Origin: Octopus sinensis
Taxonomy: Eukaryota
Length of the DNA stretch: 64,000 nt
NCBI RefSeq assembly: GCF_006345805.1
Contig: NC_042999.1
Span: forward strand, 145,390,001-145,454,000
Direction of reading: 5' to 3'
Shown here: positions 1 to 13,572 of the stretch, one piece after another
How the letters are laid out: every line of letters starts with the position of its first letter
Numbering within the stretch: position 1 is the first letter of the stretch
The notes under the pieces: model-generated
The model's database searches: none
What the model was told of the DNA's origin: nothing
What the model saw: the letters and a program-made list of their open reading frames with translations, nothing else
Translations under genes and position numbers: made by a program

Positions 1-227
1 CTGCACATGATTTAAATCTGCTAGATGTTTTTCTTAAAATAATTTTGTTGTGTATCGTTGTAAAGTGTACAAATCTAATAAAACACACTCAGAATGATTA
101 AGTCTGGTTCAAGTTGTATTATGTACAGAGCTAACTTAAATGTTTTGCGTTTAATGTCGTGTTACTTTATGCTAACAAGTTCAGCATGGTTGCTCACCCA
201 TCCTATGATAATGCTCCTCCTGTCACA

Positions 228-521
228 TCAGCCAGCATACGCCACTGATATATTCGACACAGATACTCCACTCAAGTTAAGCCGCTCTCACCTGTGCACG
301 TAAAATCGATTCCATCCCCACCTACTCACATTATGATCGTCTTACAATCAGCCGGTTTCGCTTTCCTTGACCAACTCCACTTCACATAGCCCTTTCGGAG
401 TGCCCTCCTCTGAAACTTCCGACTCCTTTAATTCGATCCCTCCATTGTCCACCTCATTTCGGATCTATCCTTCTGTGATTTTACGCAAACTTGCAATTTG
501 CGTAACTTGCTGGTCTGTACC
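228..521 (-). pseudogene. Possible highly decayed RTE-like reverse transcriptase relic
   Basis: Minus-strand translation gives GRGTDQQVTQIASLRKITE (469-521), resembling RTE GRGTRDQIANLR, and LNLSGVSVSNISVAYA (228-281), resembling the YADD lead-in. The spacing is shorter than expected. Confidence 0.3.
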
Positions 522-1228
522 TCTTCCCATACAACACGAACCCAATAGGATATCGCTCCTTATTCGCCCCCATTACTACATTTATACATTTCTCACTAAC
601 TCAACTCTCTTACCAGACAAAGAGCTACTTGTATATCACCGACTCTTTGAAATTGCAATATGTAAATCCTTATTTACTGAATAATATACTTTATATTTTC
701 CTTTTATTACCTCCGCCTTCACTAAGGCGGAGGTATTGTTTTCAGTTATGTTTGTTTGTTTGTCCGTGGACAAGATATCTCAAGAACCTCTGGATGGATT
801 CGGATGAAACTTTCAGGAATGTTTGGCCTCGTGACTAGCACGAACTGATTAGGTTTTGGGATCGACCCGGTACCGGACAAGGATTCTGGATTATTTGTTA
901 TACTTACGTTAACTTTCCAGTCAATTATCTCCCTTTAGGATGTAACTATTTTGAATGGTGAATTTGTTAACTTTGGCTTGTATTAAATAAGGATAAACTA
1001 TTTATTACTGTTACTAAATTTTCTACAGCTACCTTCACATTCCATGACTACCATTGGGATCGATCAAGTACCGGAGAAGGATTCTGAATTACTTTTCGGT
1101 TTGTTTACTTAATTTTTGAGAGAGTTAGGATTCATTTTTAGCATACTCGTTTGTGAGAGCAGTCGAGTTTATTTCAGATATTCTCATTTTAAAAATCATC
1201 TCTGGCTAATCGTTGAGAAGACGTTGGT

Positions 1229-2950
1229 ACTATCGTTAGTGTTTTACTGAGTTAGTGAGTTGGAAAAGTATACGTTCCTTGTGAGTACTGTTTTTGTTTA
1301 ACTGCTAGTTATAGAATTGTTGGATTGTTGTTACCTGTTGAACTTGTTACCGCTTTTAATTTTCTTCCCCATTTATGGGTGAAGTGGCGAATAATATGGA
1401 AAGCTCACCAGTACATGCAGGCAGTTATGCTGCGGTGACTGGCAAAAGCCAGTCAGCAAAGGGACTGCAGATTACAGAAATTAAATTACAGGAGAAGGAT
1501 TTTAAAAAATTCAATGATTTATTGAAAAAGGAGGGAGATAGTCTTCTTTGACGCCCCCCAAAGAAGTAACAGAAAGAACGGAAAAAGTAACAATTGCGTA
1601 TAGAACATTGAAAATTGAATCAGAAAAGGTGGAATTAGCTGCAGTGGAGGTGGTCGAGGAGTGCCTCCGAGATATTATGAACGTAGTGATGTTCTACACA
1701 AGAGGAAGGAAATACAGCACAGTTGAAGCACGCTTCGTGCGCGAAGAAGAAGCGAGGGAATACTTCCCTGTGCCTTTGAGATCAGCGGAGTGGGCACTAC
1801 TGCCAACTTACTGTGGTAAACGTGCGGCCAGAGTAAGAATAGGTAGAGTCTCCCAGAAATTGATGAGGCGTGGCTGGTGGCAGTCATTCTCTTCAACAAA
1901 GAAGAAGACACTGAGATAATAAAAATATCAAGAACTACGGAGGTGAACTGCTGGGGATATGGGCTGGAGGTTCTGGTCCATATAAGCCTGCCAGACCTCC
2001 ACAAGATTGCGGAGGAACTGATATTGCCGAACGAAGCAAGGCTGAGGATAGTGGTGGAAAGGGACACATGAAAGCTAAGTGTCTCCAGAAACACGAAGAG
2101 CAGGAGACAGGGAAGGAGTATCAGGAAGAAGAGGGTGCGACCGCGGAGGAGGAGATAATAGAGGAGCAATACGCAGTGATAAAAAGAAAGAAGACAGACT
2201 CACCACAAAAAGTCCGAGGAAGAAAAGAAAGGCAAGAAGTGGAGATGAGAAGCAGAGTGAAAAACAAGAAGATACAATGAGAAGAGAAAAAATGATAAAG
2301 TAAACTAAAGTAAGTGAGGAGCGAACGCAGAGACCTTCAACCAGTAAGGAGGAAAGAATATAGAAGAGAAAGGAAAATGAAAGAGAGATGATAGCAACAC
2401 AGAATGAGAAACAGACAGAGACAGAAATGCCAGTAGCAGAGGATGGGATTGGTGAAGAGAGAAGGAGATTGACACCCAAAAGGTAAAACATAAGAACAAT
2501 GGTGCAATACTCCAAAAGTGTAGAGATAGAGAAGATAATTGCTAAGATGAAGAACGTGATAAGAGTGAAATTAACGGCCAAGGAGTATAAAGAAGGTTTT
2601 AAAGCTATTTTGGTGGAAAAAGAAAGAGAGAAACTGAAGGAGGTGTTTGGCGGAAAAAAAAAAGATGACAGGAATACACTTTGGCTACGCCGAATTGCCG
2701 CCGGTGGTGGCTTTTGAAGAGTTAATACAGTATATGATATAAACCAACAGATACCAGATCGATATGAACCGCGCATTTAAAACAGTACATTCGAACTACC
2801 TGCTTTGTGGGGTAGGTAAGCCATTTCATTCTCATTTTTATTATATTCATAATGCATCCGATTCGTGTTTTTATGTACTCCAATGTATTGTTTTGTCTGT
2901 CTTTGTTTCGTCTTTTCTCTATTGAGGCCTTGTGCCTAATTAAAGAAATC
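1229..2950 (+). mobile_element. ORF1-only (HAL1-like) non-autonomous Tx1/L1 derivative, about 1.72 kb
   Basis: Flanked by the direct repeat GACGTTGGT (1220-1228 and 2953-2961). Contains a 5' UTR, a degenerate ORF1 and no ORF2. Ends in GGCCTTGTGCCTAATTAAAGAAATC, similar to the Tx1 3' end. Confidence 0.75.
1396..2500 (+). pseudogene. Frameshifted Tx1-type ORF1 (RNA-binding protein) of the ORF1-only element
   Basis: ATG at 1396 (MESSPVHAGSYAAV). YSTVEARFVREEEAREYFPVPLRSAEWALLPTYCGKRAARVRI aligns with Tx1 copy 1 ORF1 FAHVQVVFQNEELAKKFSTITLHSDELTLTPSYLGQKVTKVII, and LVHISLPDLHKIAEELILPNEARLRIVVE aligns with LFHISQEDINKIPTHVHLEDGRKLYVVVE. Only GHMKAKC of the CCHC knuckle remains. Confidence 0.7.
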
Positions 2951-3114
2951 AGGACGTTGGTGTTGCCTTGACGGAGCTTTGCGCCCTCTGAGTGCTCTTG
3001 TTATATGTATTTTAGTCATTGAACTGCAGCTATACGAGAGGCCGCCTTGAAGGGTTTAGTCTATTGAATCAGCTGCATCACTATATTTTATGTCTGATAT
3101 ATTTATTCTACGTT

Positions 3115-3365
3115 TGAAGCGTGTAGCTTAGTGGTCAAGGTGTTGGACTTATGATCGTATTATTGTGGTTTCGATTTCTGTGCCGGGTGATGCTTTTGTG
3201 TTCTTGAACAAAACATTTCATTTCATGTTGCCCCAGTCCATTCAGCTGGTAAAAATGAGTAATCCTGTGCGACGGACTGGTGTTACCACCAGAGGTAAAG
3301 GAATATATGCGTTACGGAATCTGGGAAGTCAGCCCTATGAGTTTGTAGGAATTGGGAAGGATCTT
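3115..3365 (+). mobile_element. tRNA-derived SINE (family with GTGTTCTTGAACAAAACA core)
   Basis: A-box-like GTAGCTTAGTGG and B-box-like GGTTTCGATT, then core CCAGTCCATTCAGCTGGTAAAAATGAGTA. A reverse copy lies at 5588-5772. Confidence 0.65.
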
Positions 3366-4694
3366 TATCCTTTTTCTTATTTATTGATTCCATCATCCCC
3401 CTATTATATTATATGTAATATATTACGTAAACACATAGAACTACACATATATATTCGTATACACGCGCGAATGTACGGACTACTTTGAAGCAACTTTACA
3501 ACGAACTCATGGAAATTTTCAGTTGACGTGCGTATGTCTAAAAACCAACAGGTCTTTCTTAAAGAGAAAAGAAATACAAAATATTAAAAAGCAAACAAAA
3601 TAGAATAACAAAGATGTTCCAACACTATCTACTTAACGTTTCTAGAATGTCTATATTGGTACCTGTTATTAAAACCGAAATGATTTACTACAATATTAGT
3701 ATTTTTTCATGAACTTGCTACAAACAAAGCATTCTTTGCTTCTCTTCCTTTATCTTCTCTTTCCCATGTTCCGTTTCTTTTATATTTTTCGCTCAGTTGT
3801 TCGCTTTGTTAATTTCCTCACCCTGTTTTTACCATTATCTTCCTGGTCATTCAGGACTTGTCGAATTATTTGCACTAAATAAAGAAGACCATAAAAAGGA
3901 AAGAAAAGAAAAAAAACTGTTTCGTAATTTCACCCTCCATTGCCCTTGACAAAACGTCTGAGCTGATCGGCTGACTTACCATTTTCTTTAAGAATCGATT
4001 ATATCTCCCGTACGATACATTATATGGTGGTGGATTAAATCTCAACGAATAGTAAATCCACTGGCTAGATTCGATGTGAAACACGCATGACAGATTTTCA
4101 TTGGTATAATAAATTCTCGAAGGATGTAGTAAGAAATTATACAACTCTTTCACCTTCATTTCAAACACGCGAAATAATGAAGGCGCATCTACACAATTAT
4201 TTAATTATAAGAATCAGCAGTCAAACCTCCCATGAATCAACCCACTCCTACTTAATAAACGAGAGGTACTTAAGATAGTCTTATATACTGTAAGGATCGA
4301 AATGGTCCCAACTGGGATGTCTTGACCGCAGATTTACTCAGGGTCTAAAAGCATTGTAATGAGTTTTGAACTAGTAAAATGTACAAATATATATTTGCAA
4401 GTATACATGAAAAAGATACATATATGAATTTATTTGGTATTTTTTCCGACTTGTGTCTCTTTGAATCTACGTGGTACTCTCCATCAAGGGAATGCTAAAA
4501 TTAGAATACCAGTTTAAAACAATGGGTAACTATAGATAATCCAATAGTGCTCTCAAATCCACTTACCTACAGACTTGCGAATACACTAAGTATATAATAT
4601 TATGTATAATATGTGAAACATTCACCAACTAATAGCTGTTGCCAATGCACAGAAACAATTGTTGTAATTTGCATTACAACCTCTTAATATCATC

Positions 4695-4744
<50 letters not shown>

Positions 4745-4746
<2 letters not shown>

Positions 4747-4950
4747 AGAGTTAAGGAATGGATTAGATAAGATCCTGCCCACATATGCTTCATAGCAAGC
4801 GGAACCTAGGAAGTGGTAAATATCCAAGCGAGGTGTATACGGCAGGCTACTCTTCAGGCCAAGGATATCTTGATTAAATGAAAGTTTATATTGTCGCAAG
4901 GAGGTACGCGTTAACGCATGGTAGATTGAATCTGATTGACTTTTCCATGT
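4745..4950 (-). mobile_element. Penelope-like terminal repeat fragment in (TA)n with degenerate hammerhead (4776-4862)
   Basis: Minus strand CTGAAGA-GTAGC...GCTAT-GAAG-CATATGT. (TA)n on both sides. Confidence 0.5.
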
Positions 4951-4951
4951 G

Positions 4952-5015
<64 letters not shown>

Positions 5016-5019
5016 GCAT

Positions 5020-5340
5020 TTTTAATAAATATAGGGTATGAAAAATTTTTGGAAATTTTTACTACCAGTGGCCTAGCATACAGAAAAACTAGTCAATAGA
5101 TTATATATTATTCATATAAATAGTGTACATTTAAACACATAAGAGATGACCATCATAGGACACCTAGCACGCTAGAAAGTGTATATGTTAATCTTGGCGT
5201 CCCTGCTGATGAGAACTTCGCCTAGCAAATTACTTTATTTGCTAATTTAGAGTTCAAAACCATGGTCCAAGAGATAAATGGAAAATGTTTTTTTATTTTT
5301 CATTCCCTTCGAAATTTATCCCTAATAGTGTTTGGAGAAA
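5020..5340. mobile_element. Penelope-like inverted terminal-repeat fragments (same family as 29036-29392)
   Basis: 5020-5120 matches 29040-29120. The plus-strand hammerhead and the downstream ATGGAAAATG...TTCATTCCCTTCGAAATTTATCCC match the minus strand of about 29160-29295. Confidence 0.55.
5202..5271 (+). ncRNA. Minimal type-I hammerhead ribozyme motif (G12-to-A mutated)
   Basis: CTGATGA 5206-5212; stem II GAACT/AGTTC with internal hairpin TAGCAAAT/ATTTGCTA; AAAAC instead of GAAAC; palindromic stem III ACCATGGT; GTC triplet at 5265-5267. Confidence 0.7.
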
Positions 5341-5391
5341 GTGCTCTTGAAAGAGGTGTTCTGATAAAACTGATGTACCCGTGTGAGTGCG

Positions 5392-5440
<49 letters not shown>

Positions 5441-5587
5441 ATAAATATGCACGTGTGCGTATCTGCATGCATACATGTATATGTATGTGTATACATAGAT
5501 AGACAAAGAACAAAGATCCTTTTCGAGTAATATAGCCTCAAAGGACCGGTCTCCAGTTTTTTTTACGTATATATTCCCCACCTGGAC

Positions 5588-5772
5588 GTGACGCAAGTCC
5601 CTCTCAGGTTTACTCATTTTTTGCCATGGTTACTCAATTTTTGCCAGCTGATGATCTAGAGCAACATGAAATGAAGTGTTTTGCTAAAAACAACGCGTGG
5701 CCCGGTCCAGGAATCGAAACCACAATCTTACGACAATGAGTCCAACACCCCAACTTCACCCAACTCCACGCG
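5588..5772 (-). mobile_element. tRNA-derived SINE (same family as 3115-3365)
   Basis: Reverse complement of the head (GGAATCGAAACCAC) and core (TACTCATTTTTGCCAGCTG). Confidence 0.65.
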
Positions 5773-5794
5773 CATACATACACACACACATACA

Positions 5795-5827
<33 letters not shown>

Positions 5828-6307
5828 GAAAATGTAAAGGGGTGGAGCCGCACATGCTAATTCAGAATGGTTTACTTGAGAACCTAAGCATATACATGTA
5901 TATAAATAAACGCGCGTACACATCCCTCCATTCTCTCCCACCCACACATGCTCTCTCTCTAATACTCACAATCTCTCCTCTCTCTCTCTTTCACTCACAC
6001 TCCCCTTCTCTCCCTCATACATGCATAACGAGTGATAACGGCTGCTAAACCGAAACTTCAAAGTCATTGTCAATGTGGCTGTATAGAAATTAATGGGTTG
6101 TATTCTATTAAAGGAATGTAGAATGATTTATCAGTTTAAACTTAAATCGTTTATGTATGAACGATGAATTTGCGTATTTATTCCAAATATCTTCCAGAAT
6201 ATTAGGGTGCAAATACGCTACTAGTCGTTGTGTACGTTACAAGAGAACAGCTTCCTTTTACGGAGATAGTTTCCATAACAGACTCGGCTCCATGTTGCAA
6301 GAGATTA

Positions 6308-6347
6308 TGGGTCGCCGGTGTTTCGACATATTATATCTCGTCAGCCA
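6308..6347 (-). ncRNA. Degenerate minimal hammerhead motif
   Basis: Minus strand TGG-CTGACGA-GATAT aat ATGTC-GAAAC-ACCGGCGAC-CCA. The stem III/cleavage region carries two substitutions. Confidence 0.5.
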
Positions 6348-6457
6348 GTAGCGCCCGGGCTTTTGAGCCTAAACCAGGCCGTTGGTTTTGTTTATAATTT
6401 CAGGGAAATAACTGTTTTCAGATCAGAACTGATATCTGTCAACCGATAATAATATTG

Positions 6458-6500
<43 letters not shown>

Positions 6501-6502
<2 letters not shown>

Positions 6503-7052
6503 GATGCAGTACCAGGCAGTGGTTCTCATGGATTCTGATCTTAACTGATTGGAAGTGTTATCATGTACATTGTTTTGTCTTGGTATAAAAGATGGGCTAC
6601 AGCAAATATTCTGCTCAATACCACAGATTTGCTTGTCAGTTGTTTGACCTTAACCAGTTGAGCTTGTCCATTAGTGGCTGACGATATGTGCATCTCTGAT
6701 GACGAGCAGAAGTACTGGGGGAGCATCATAGCCATGTGTTGAGAGGGATTCTTTGGGGTTTGAATAATTCACCTCTGGAAACATGGGTGGTTCTTTCAAC
6801 ATCCTTAAACAACCCTTATTCAGGGACCTTTTGAGCAGGATGGGCTACTCAACCTGAAGAAAATTCTAACTGTGCCCCACCTGCAAGGTCATGTGCTGTT
6901 TATCTTGATATGAGATCACCATGTCGCGCACATATGGCTGTGATGCATGTGTCTGATGTACCCTTATCAGATGGGTAGTCATGATGGGTATATTGGGCTT
7001 CGTATATTTTACCCCAGTGTCACTTTGATGGCATGAACTGCTCTCTCACTCA
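6501..7052 (-). mobile_element. Unclassified ~550-bp interspersed repeat flanked by (TAA)n
   Basis: Near-identical reverse complement of 13573-14120. (TAA)n on both sides. Confidence 0.85.
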
Positions 7053-7849
7053 ATAATAATAATAATGATAATAATATATATATATATATCACTTCGCATA
7101 AACATACACGCACATATACACAGACACACAAACACACACAGACATACACACGCACGCACACATACACACACACGCACGCACATACATACATACATACATA
7201 CATACATACATACATACATACATACATACATGCATACATACATACATACATACATACATACACACACAGCTTTATAAATACATTGGACAGTCCAACTAAA
7301 CCAGGATAAAAAAGCCATCGAACCATATCTAGCAACTACCGAATAGTAACAAGTAAAAGAAATTATCAATAAGAGAACGAGCAGTGAAATGCTAATAGAT
7401 AAACATTAAAAAATCAAAACTATAAAATAACTGAATGAAGGCTATCAATGCAAAGCTGATGCAAACCACAAAGTAACAATTGAAATTACCACAAGCGCAG
7501 ACAACAGTGTAAAAAGTAAGATGCCAAAACTACATTGGAAACTGACCAATGAATATAATAACCGTACACTCCTATAACAAAATAATGTAGGAAACCACCC
7601 CAAAATGAAAACAATAGCTATAGGTAAGAGAAACTATAGACAAAAGAACATCAATCCAGTGTTTATAAGATGAGTACGAACACGGCTAGAAAAAGAAATT
7701 TCGCCTTTGTGTGGCAGTGTTATGAGAACTGAGACGAGAAAAATAATTCCTTATACAATCGCGCGCACGTACACACTTGTTAACCGACTAGACTATAGAA
7801 TATTGCTATACACCGCTAGTCACGATGCACTTCCTCGCACCATTGTAGC

Positions 7850-8270
7850 TTTCGAATGATTCTACACCGCTGATTAGGTAGGCTGGTCTGATTCTCCGTG
7901 AACAGTATGCCAATCCATCGCAGGTTTACTCATTTATAGCGAAGTGGACCAGGGCAATGTGAAATCAAGAAATATTTTGCTCAAAATTCCAACGCACCGC
8001 CGTGTCAAGCAGAATCACAATCTTGCAACATCCTGGCCACTAAGCCACTAAGTACATACACGCACGCACGCACGTACACACACACACACACCACACACAC
8101 ACACACACACACCACACACACACACACATACACAAACAACAGGCTTCTTTCATTTTCTGTGTATGAAATCCACTCATAAAGCTTTGGTCAGCCGCGGCTA
8201 TTGTAGAAGACATCTATCCAAATTGTCACGCAGTGGTACTGGACCATGCAGCAGGGAAGCAAATCTGTTA
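7850..8270 (-). mobile_element. Two decayed tRNA-SINE fragments (about 7850-8050 and 8135-8270) separated by (CA)n
   Basis: Degenerate SINE cores (GGTTTACTCATTT...; AAATCCACTCATAAAGCTTTGGTC...AGAAGACA). Confidence 0.45.
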
Positions 8271-8301
8271 CCATACAGTCACGAGAGATAGAAACAGATA
8301 A

Positions 8302-8373
<72 letters not shown>

Positions 8374-8993
8374 AGCGAGTGTGTGAGGGAAATATATATA
8401 AGAGAGAGAGAGATTGATTTATATAACATAATATAATAAAGTGTTCTTCTGATGATCGTTGTTGATAAGTACCCATTTGACTTGGAACATCCAATGCAGA
8501 GTTCCAAAGAACCATAACGATAAAACGTATGAAGGAACAGATGTTATAAAGGGGTGTTTATCTTAATTTCTCATAATTCTCGCCTAGTTTTGGAAATATC
8601 ATAAGCGATATGCATATCTATTCATTAATCCGTACATGGTTTTAAATATAGAAAAATTACATTAAACATTTAAAAAGCTGAAACCGGATCCAGGTCAAAC
8701 ATGACATTTTTCTTATATTGCAAAAAATAACCCTTTTAGCGTCAAAAATCTATACACTAAAACCTTTTTCTATACAAAAGTCCCGAAGCAAGTGACTTTA
8801 TTTGTCTTACCCCCACCATCTTTTACTGTTATGTTTATATATGTTTTAGTATATGTCAAACTCACCTTAAGAATATGTATACCAATATAAGTTCAGTTGA
8901 AATATAATACGAAAATATCTATTCTGTGTAAACGTATATTTATATACCTTTATATTCTTCATATATATATATATTATATATATATATATATAT

Positions 8994-9363
8994 AACGTGA
9001 TGCATATATGCCATTTGAATATGGCTAACCCAAAAGGGTGGATGCTACTGTAGTTTTGTAGCCCCAGGAAGACACCTCCTCCCGCTGGCTATAGACACAC
9101 TATCTGTGTCCTGTCAGTATTTGTGAAGGGGAGTCATCCTCCCCGTCTTCAACACATGATACACACGTACTCGAGTTTCAAGGTGTTTACCTTTCATCAG
9201 CGTGTGACAATCATGGTTGTCGACGAGAAGTCAGATTCCTTCACAAAGATACAGATAGTGTGTCTATAGCCAGCGGGAGGAGGTGTCTTCCTGGGGCTAC
9301 AAACTACAGTAGCATCCACCCTTTTGGGTTAGCCATATTCAAATGGCATATATGCATCACGTT
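8994..9363. mobile_element. 370-bp fold-back/MITE-like element with ~114-bp inverted arms
   Basis: 8994-9107 is the reverse complement of 9251-9363 with one 1-nt indel. Adjacent to (TA)n. Confidence 0.85.
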
Positions 9364-9438
9364 GTGTTACCGCTACTGTTTATAACTCGCTCTGAGATTT
9401 ATCATTATATATATATATTATATATATATATATTATAT

Positions 9439-9506
<68 letters not shown>

Positions 9507-10087
9507 ATATATATATATATCTTTTGAACTTTCCTCTTTCTCCTGTGTCTGAAGAAGAGCTTTGCTCGAAACGTAAAACACCCTTTCCTTCTTTCCTGAG
9601 CGTCTTAATAATTTGCATGTACCACCACGTCCTCGCGATGTTGTATATTTTGTCTTTTTTTCCATTTTTAAAAAATTATTAATTATATATATACATACAT
9701 AGTGCACATATACATACATATGTATATACACCTATACATGAAAACGCACACATCAATATGTATACTGAAAGATTTAATGGTCTCAGAATTTATGAGAAAA
9801 CAAATAACCATAAGGCGTTGGTAAAACTCAAAGATGTATGGAATAAAAATGCAAAGTCTAATAACGTAGCTCAACAGTTCATGCTGTAACAAAGAGAAAT
9901 AGAGTCGACTCAACAAGAAACCTCTATGTGGTCGATTGATCTTCTAGACCTAACGCCTGTACCTGGGTAAGTACATACTATATAGAAAAGAACAAGATCA
10001 TAGTTATGGTTGGGATACTTTTGATCATAGTTTTGTTCGACCAAGGCTGACCTTGGCATAGGAAACAACAGCAATAGTGGCTTTTGA

Positions 10088-10283
10088 TTAAAGGTTTGGA
10101 AATTTGAGTGGTTGGGTAAGGTGGTTCCATTGAACTCGGTAGTTAAGTGATATTTCGTTTTATTAACCTCGAAAGGGTAAAAGGCAAAGCTGACTTCGGC
10201 AGGATTTGAACTCAATGGTAAGAACCCGAAGAACTACTACAAAGCAATTTTTCCGATACTCTAACCGATTCTGCTAGCTCGTT
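10088..10283 (-). mobile_element. tRNA-derived SINE with Nin-like core, decayed
   Basis: CCTCGAAAGGGTAAAAGGCAAAGCTGAC...GGATTTGAACTC matches the reverse complement of the SINE body at 42605-42700. Confidence 0.7.
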
Positions 10284-11144
10284 GTCTTCGACCAGCACCA
10301 GAACCACCAGCACCAGAACCACCACCACCACCACCACCACCAGCACAACAACAACAACAGTACGAAAAACGAGGGAGCTTCTACATGGTTGCTCAATTTG
10401 TTAATAACAGGAACCGAAATTCTCTCCAGCTTCTCCCGACCGTCTTGAAAATAGCTGATGATGTAGATGTAAATACACAATGCTCGAGAGAAAAACAGAA
10501 CTGTCATCTATATTTGGAATGTCTTTAATCATAAGTTATCTCAGTCAGGGCTGACTTGTGGTTAAACAACAGCAACAACAACAACAACAACAACAACAGC
10601 TACAACACGTCAGTAGGCTAACTTCCATCTCTGCCTTAATGTATAAAAACAAAAAAATAAACTACAGTGTAAACACAAGTCACTTCTTAAATATAGTTAC
10701 AACTGTTATCTTTGTGTTAAGCAAATAAGCTAAGGAACAACAGAAGTGCAAATCAGAAAAAAGGCATGATTGCAATCAATGTAGATTTACTTTACTCAGT
10801 GGCGTTAGTAAGAAACAGAAAAATATTACTGATAGTGAATAATAAATGTTAATTCTATATTTGTTCTGGACAAAATAATACTTTCTTCCCTGCAAAGATT
10901 AGCTTGACTTTCATATCATTTATTGCGATGCTTCTTCTGCTCCCGGAAACTATAAGCTTTCAACTTGTGATAAGAGTTAAGAACTTCGATTGAGTAACAG
11001 AAAATGGATTAGGTGATTAGATAAGACTAAGAATAATAGAGAACTGGACACGTATATTAGAACTGACGCAAACACATTTACACTCACATTTGTGTGTGTG
11101 TGTGTTGTGTGTGTGTGTGTGTAATTATAACCTGGCACTCACAC

Positions 11145-11186
<42 letters not shown>

Positions 11187-11382
11187 ATATAAATATACAC
11201 GTGTATATATTCGTGTATATATATATATATATTAGGTATATATATACGCATAAATATATGTATTTATGTATATACACATATCTATTATACGTGGGTTGTG
11301 TGAGTATGCGTGTGTACGTGTATATATATATACATACATACATACATACATACGTACATACATATGTATATATATATATTAT

Positions 11383-11425
<43 letters not shown>

Positions 11426-13299
11426 CGTGCGCCAGTGTATGTATAAATTTCTGCTTAATTCACACTGAGTCAACAATAATATAATCGAAGGGAAATAAGT
11501 ATTTAAAAGGATAAATGTAATCATGAGCCAAGCACGAACTGTCGGTAGCTTTTTGTTCTAGCTTAAGTTTCTTGCTGCCGTCTTTCAGTGTTTTTATGGA
11601 ATTTTTATTGATTTCATTCGATCAGCCAGCAGGTTAATTTCAACTTTTGACCTACTAATTGATCAAGAGACAACTTTGTTGTTTTTCGATATGGTTTTTG
11701 CCTAATGCAGGTAATTTGTTCTATTACCCATTCCATCGAGTTAAATGAAGTCAGTTGAGATATATATGGGAAGGGATAGATTGCAGCAAATTTGATCTTC
11801 TGGCCCATTATATCGGTCATTCCGATTCTAATAATCTTACAACGAAAGAGAAACGAGATACGTGATAGTATGTTTTGTTTAGGAAAACGTTTAGATAACA
11901 TTTACATGGTCATCTAATCTGTTATAAATAGCAGCTAAATCTTCCTTCCTCTTCGAAACAGTTCACATTGGAAAATATACTTTGGAGTACAAATTACCCG
12001 CAAATGATTGAATTGTGACGGCTGGAATGCCTTTGAGACTAAATTTGTCCTATCATTAGTAATGTAAAGGAAAATAAACATTTACAAACTAAAATGCATA
12101 TTTTGTGGCAGTTGATGGCCAAATGGAGTTGATGGCCAACTTTAAAGTCTGTAAGGAATCCATAGATCAGGAAAGTGTTCCAGATTGGCGTTAGAAGTGC
12201 GTAGTTTGGCATCGTGTGATGAGAACCATTCTGGATGACCGCAGACAGAAAATTGCATTTTCATAATACTCACACACACACACACACACGTTCTGTTGTC
12301 TGCAACATTATATGTTAATGAGGGCACACTGTCAGAAAGAATACAGTCGAAGATGGATTTTGGTCCCACTCTATTCCGTTTATGTTTTGTTACCACGTGT
12401 TCTCTGAATTATTAAAAGTGACTCCACGTGAACTATAATGACAAAGTACGATATTTATATAACTAAAATGAGTTCTCCGAGAATTGATTAGAGGATTGCA
12501 ACAATGATTTATTTTCATGACGGAGAGAAAATGTTAAGAATGACCTTGACCTGTTTGTTTTAATAATATATATGAATAAATCGGAGGATAGTAAAAGGTT
12601 TCTGCTCAACCGGGGAAATGTTTCTAACAAATACAACAGAAAAAAAATTTAGTAAACTAATTGCCAAATGTTTGTATTTCTTGATTAGCTCTTTGTAGTA
12701 GGCGGTGAAATATTTTAGCCTAATGCATTTTAATATCTAATCTAATGAAATAGCGGTAGTAGAAACTACAAGTAGAGAAGCTTGTTAGCAATTATTTATT
12801 GGCTCGAGTTTACGTGTTGCATGTTAGTGAAATAATTTTTATAGTTGTGATCAGAAGAGTGTCATTTTATACAGAAATAAATTTTGTAAAGTAAAAAAAC
12901 AGAGTTCTAAAAATGCCGTTGGAGATCTATACCACAAAAATTACGCAGTGTGGTTTGTTTGTTTGGATAAATTTGTATTCTCCTCAAAGGAGGGGAATCT
13001 AACGTTCTAAGGTTCTTCCTTCATCTACGAACTGAACACAATGATATTTTTCTTCCTCAGAGAAATGGGCAACATATAAAGTCAGCTATCTCTCCCCATA
13101 CTGCGTACAAAATTATAAAGTCGTGAACTAAGCTACATGTAAATAGAAAGGTTCGCTCGCTGTAAGTTAGATAACACGACTTCGAGTTCATCACTGTTTC
13201 AGTAATAGAACAATCATCAGTAATCATATGCTTGGTAATACATTGCTTTATTAAATCAACTTTATTGTCATTGTGAGCTCTATTGTCTTTAATATATTC

Positions 13300-13450
13300 A
13301 TAATTATTTACATTATTTATATTTGACGGATATTTCTCCTCATTTTTGTTGTTAACATAACGTTTGAACTGATATACTCTCCAGCCTTCATCAAGTGTCT
13401 TGGGGATATTTTGAACCTAGGTTCTCATTCCTTAGGTATTTTTCGATGTT
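13300..13450 (-). mobile_element. Penelope family A terminal repeat with decayed hammerhead (13354-13399)
   Basis: Reverse complement of 14606-14760. Core reads TTGATGA-A-GGCTG...CAGTT-CAAAC-GTT. Confidence 0.75.
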
Positions 13451-13489
13451 CTTCTTCTTCTTCTTCTTCTTCTTCTTCTTCTTCTTCTT

Positions 13490-13559
<70 letters not shown>

Positions 13560-13572
13560 TATTATTATTATT

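Larger units (their letters stand above)
704..3004 (+). mobile_element. Non-autonomous Helentron/DINE-1-like (HINE) element split by an insertion (parts 704-1228 and 2953-3004)
   Basis: 5' 12-bp hairpin TACCTCCGCCTT-cact-AAGGCGGAGGTA (708-735) followed by a (TTTG)n microsatellite and GGAT..ATGAAACTT. The typical 3' end GCCTTGACGGAGCTTTGCGCCCTCTGAGTGCTCTTG resumes at 2965, directly after the second copy of GACGTTGGT. Confidence 0.6.

Noticed and set aside
11614-12396. Possible host exons in repeat-poor sequence
   Set aside because: No recognisable protein similarity and no convincing splice-site pair in any frame I translated.
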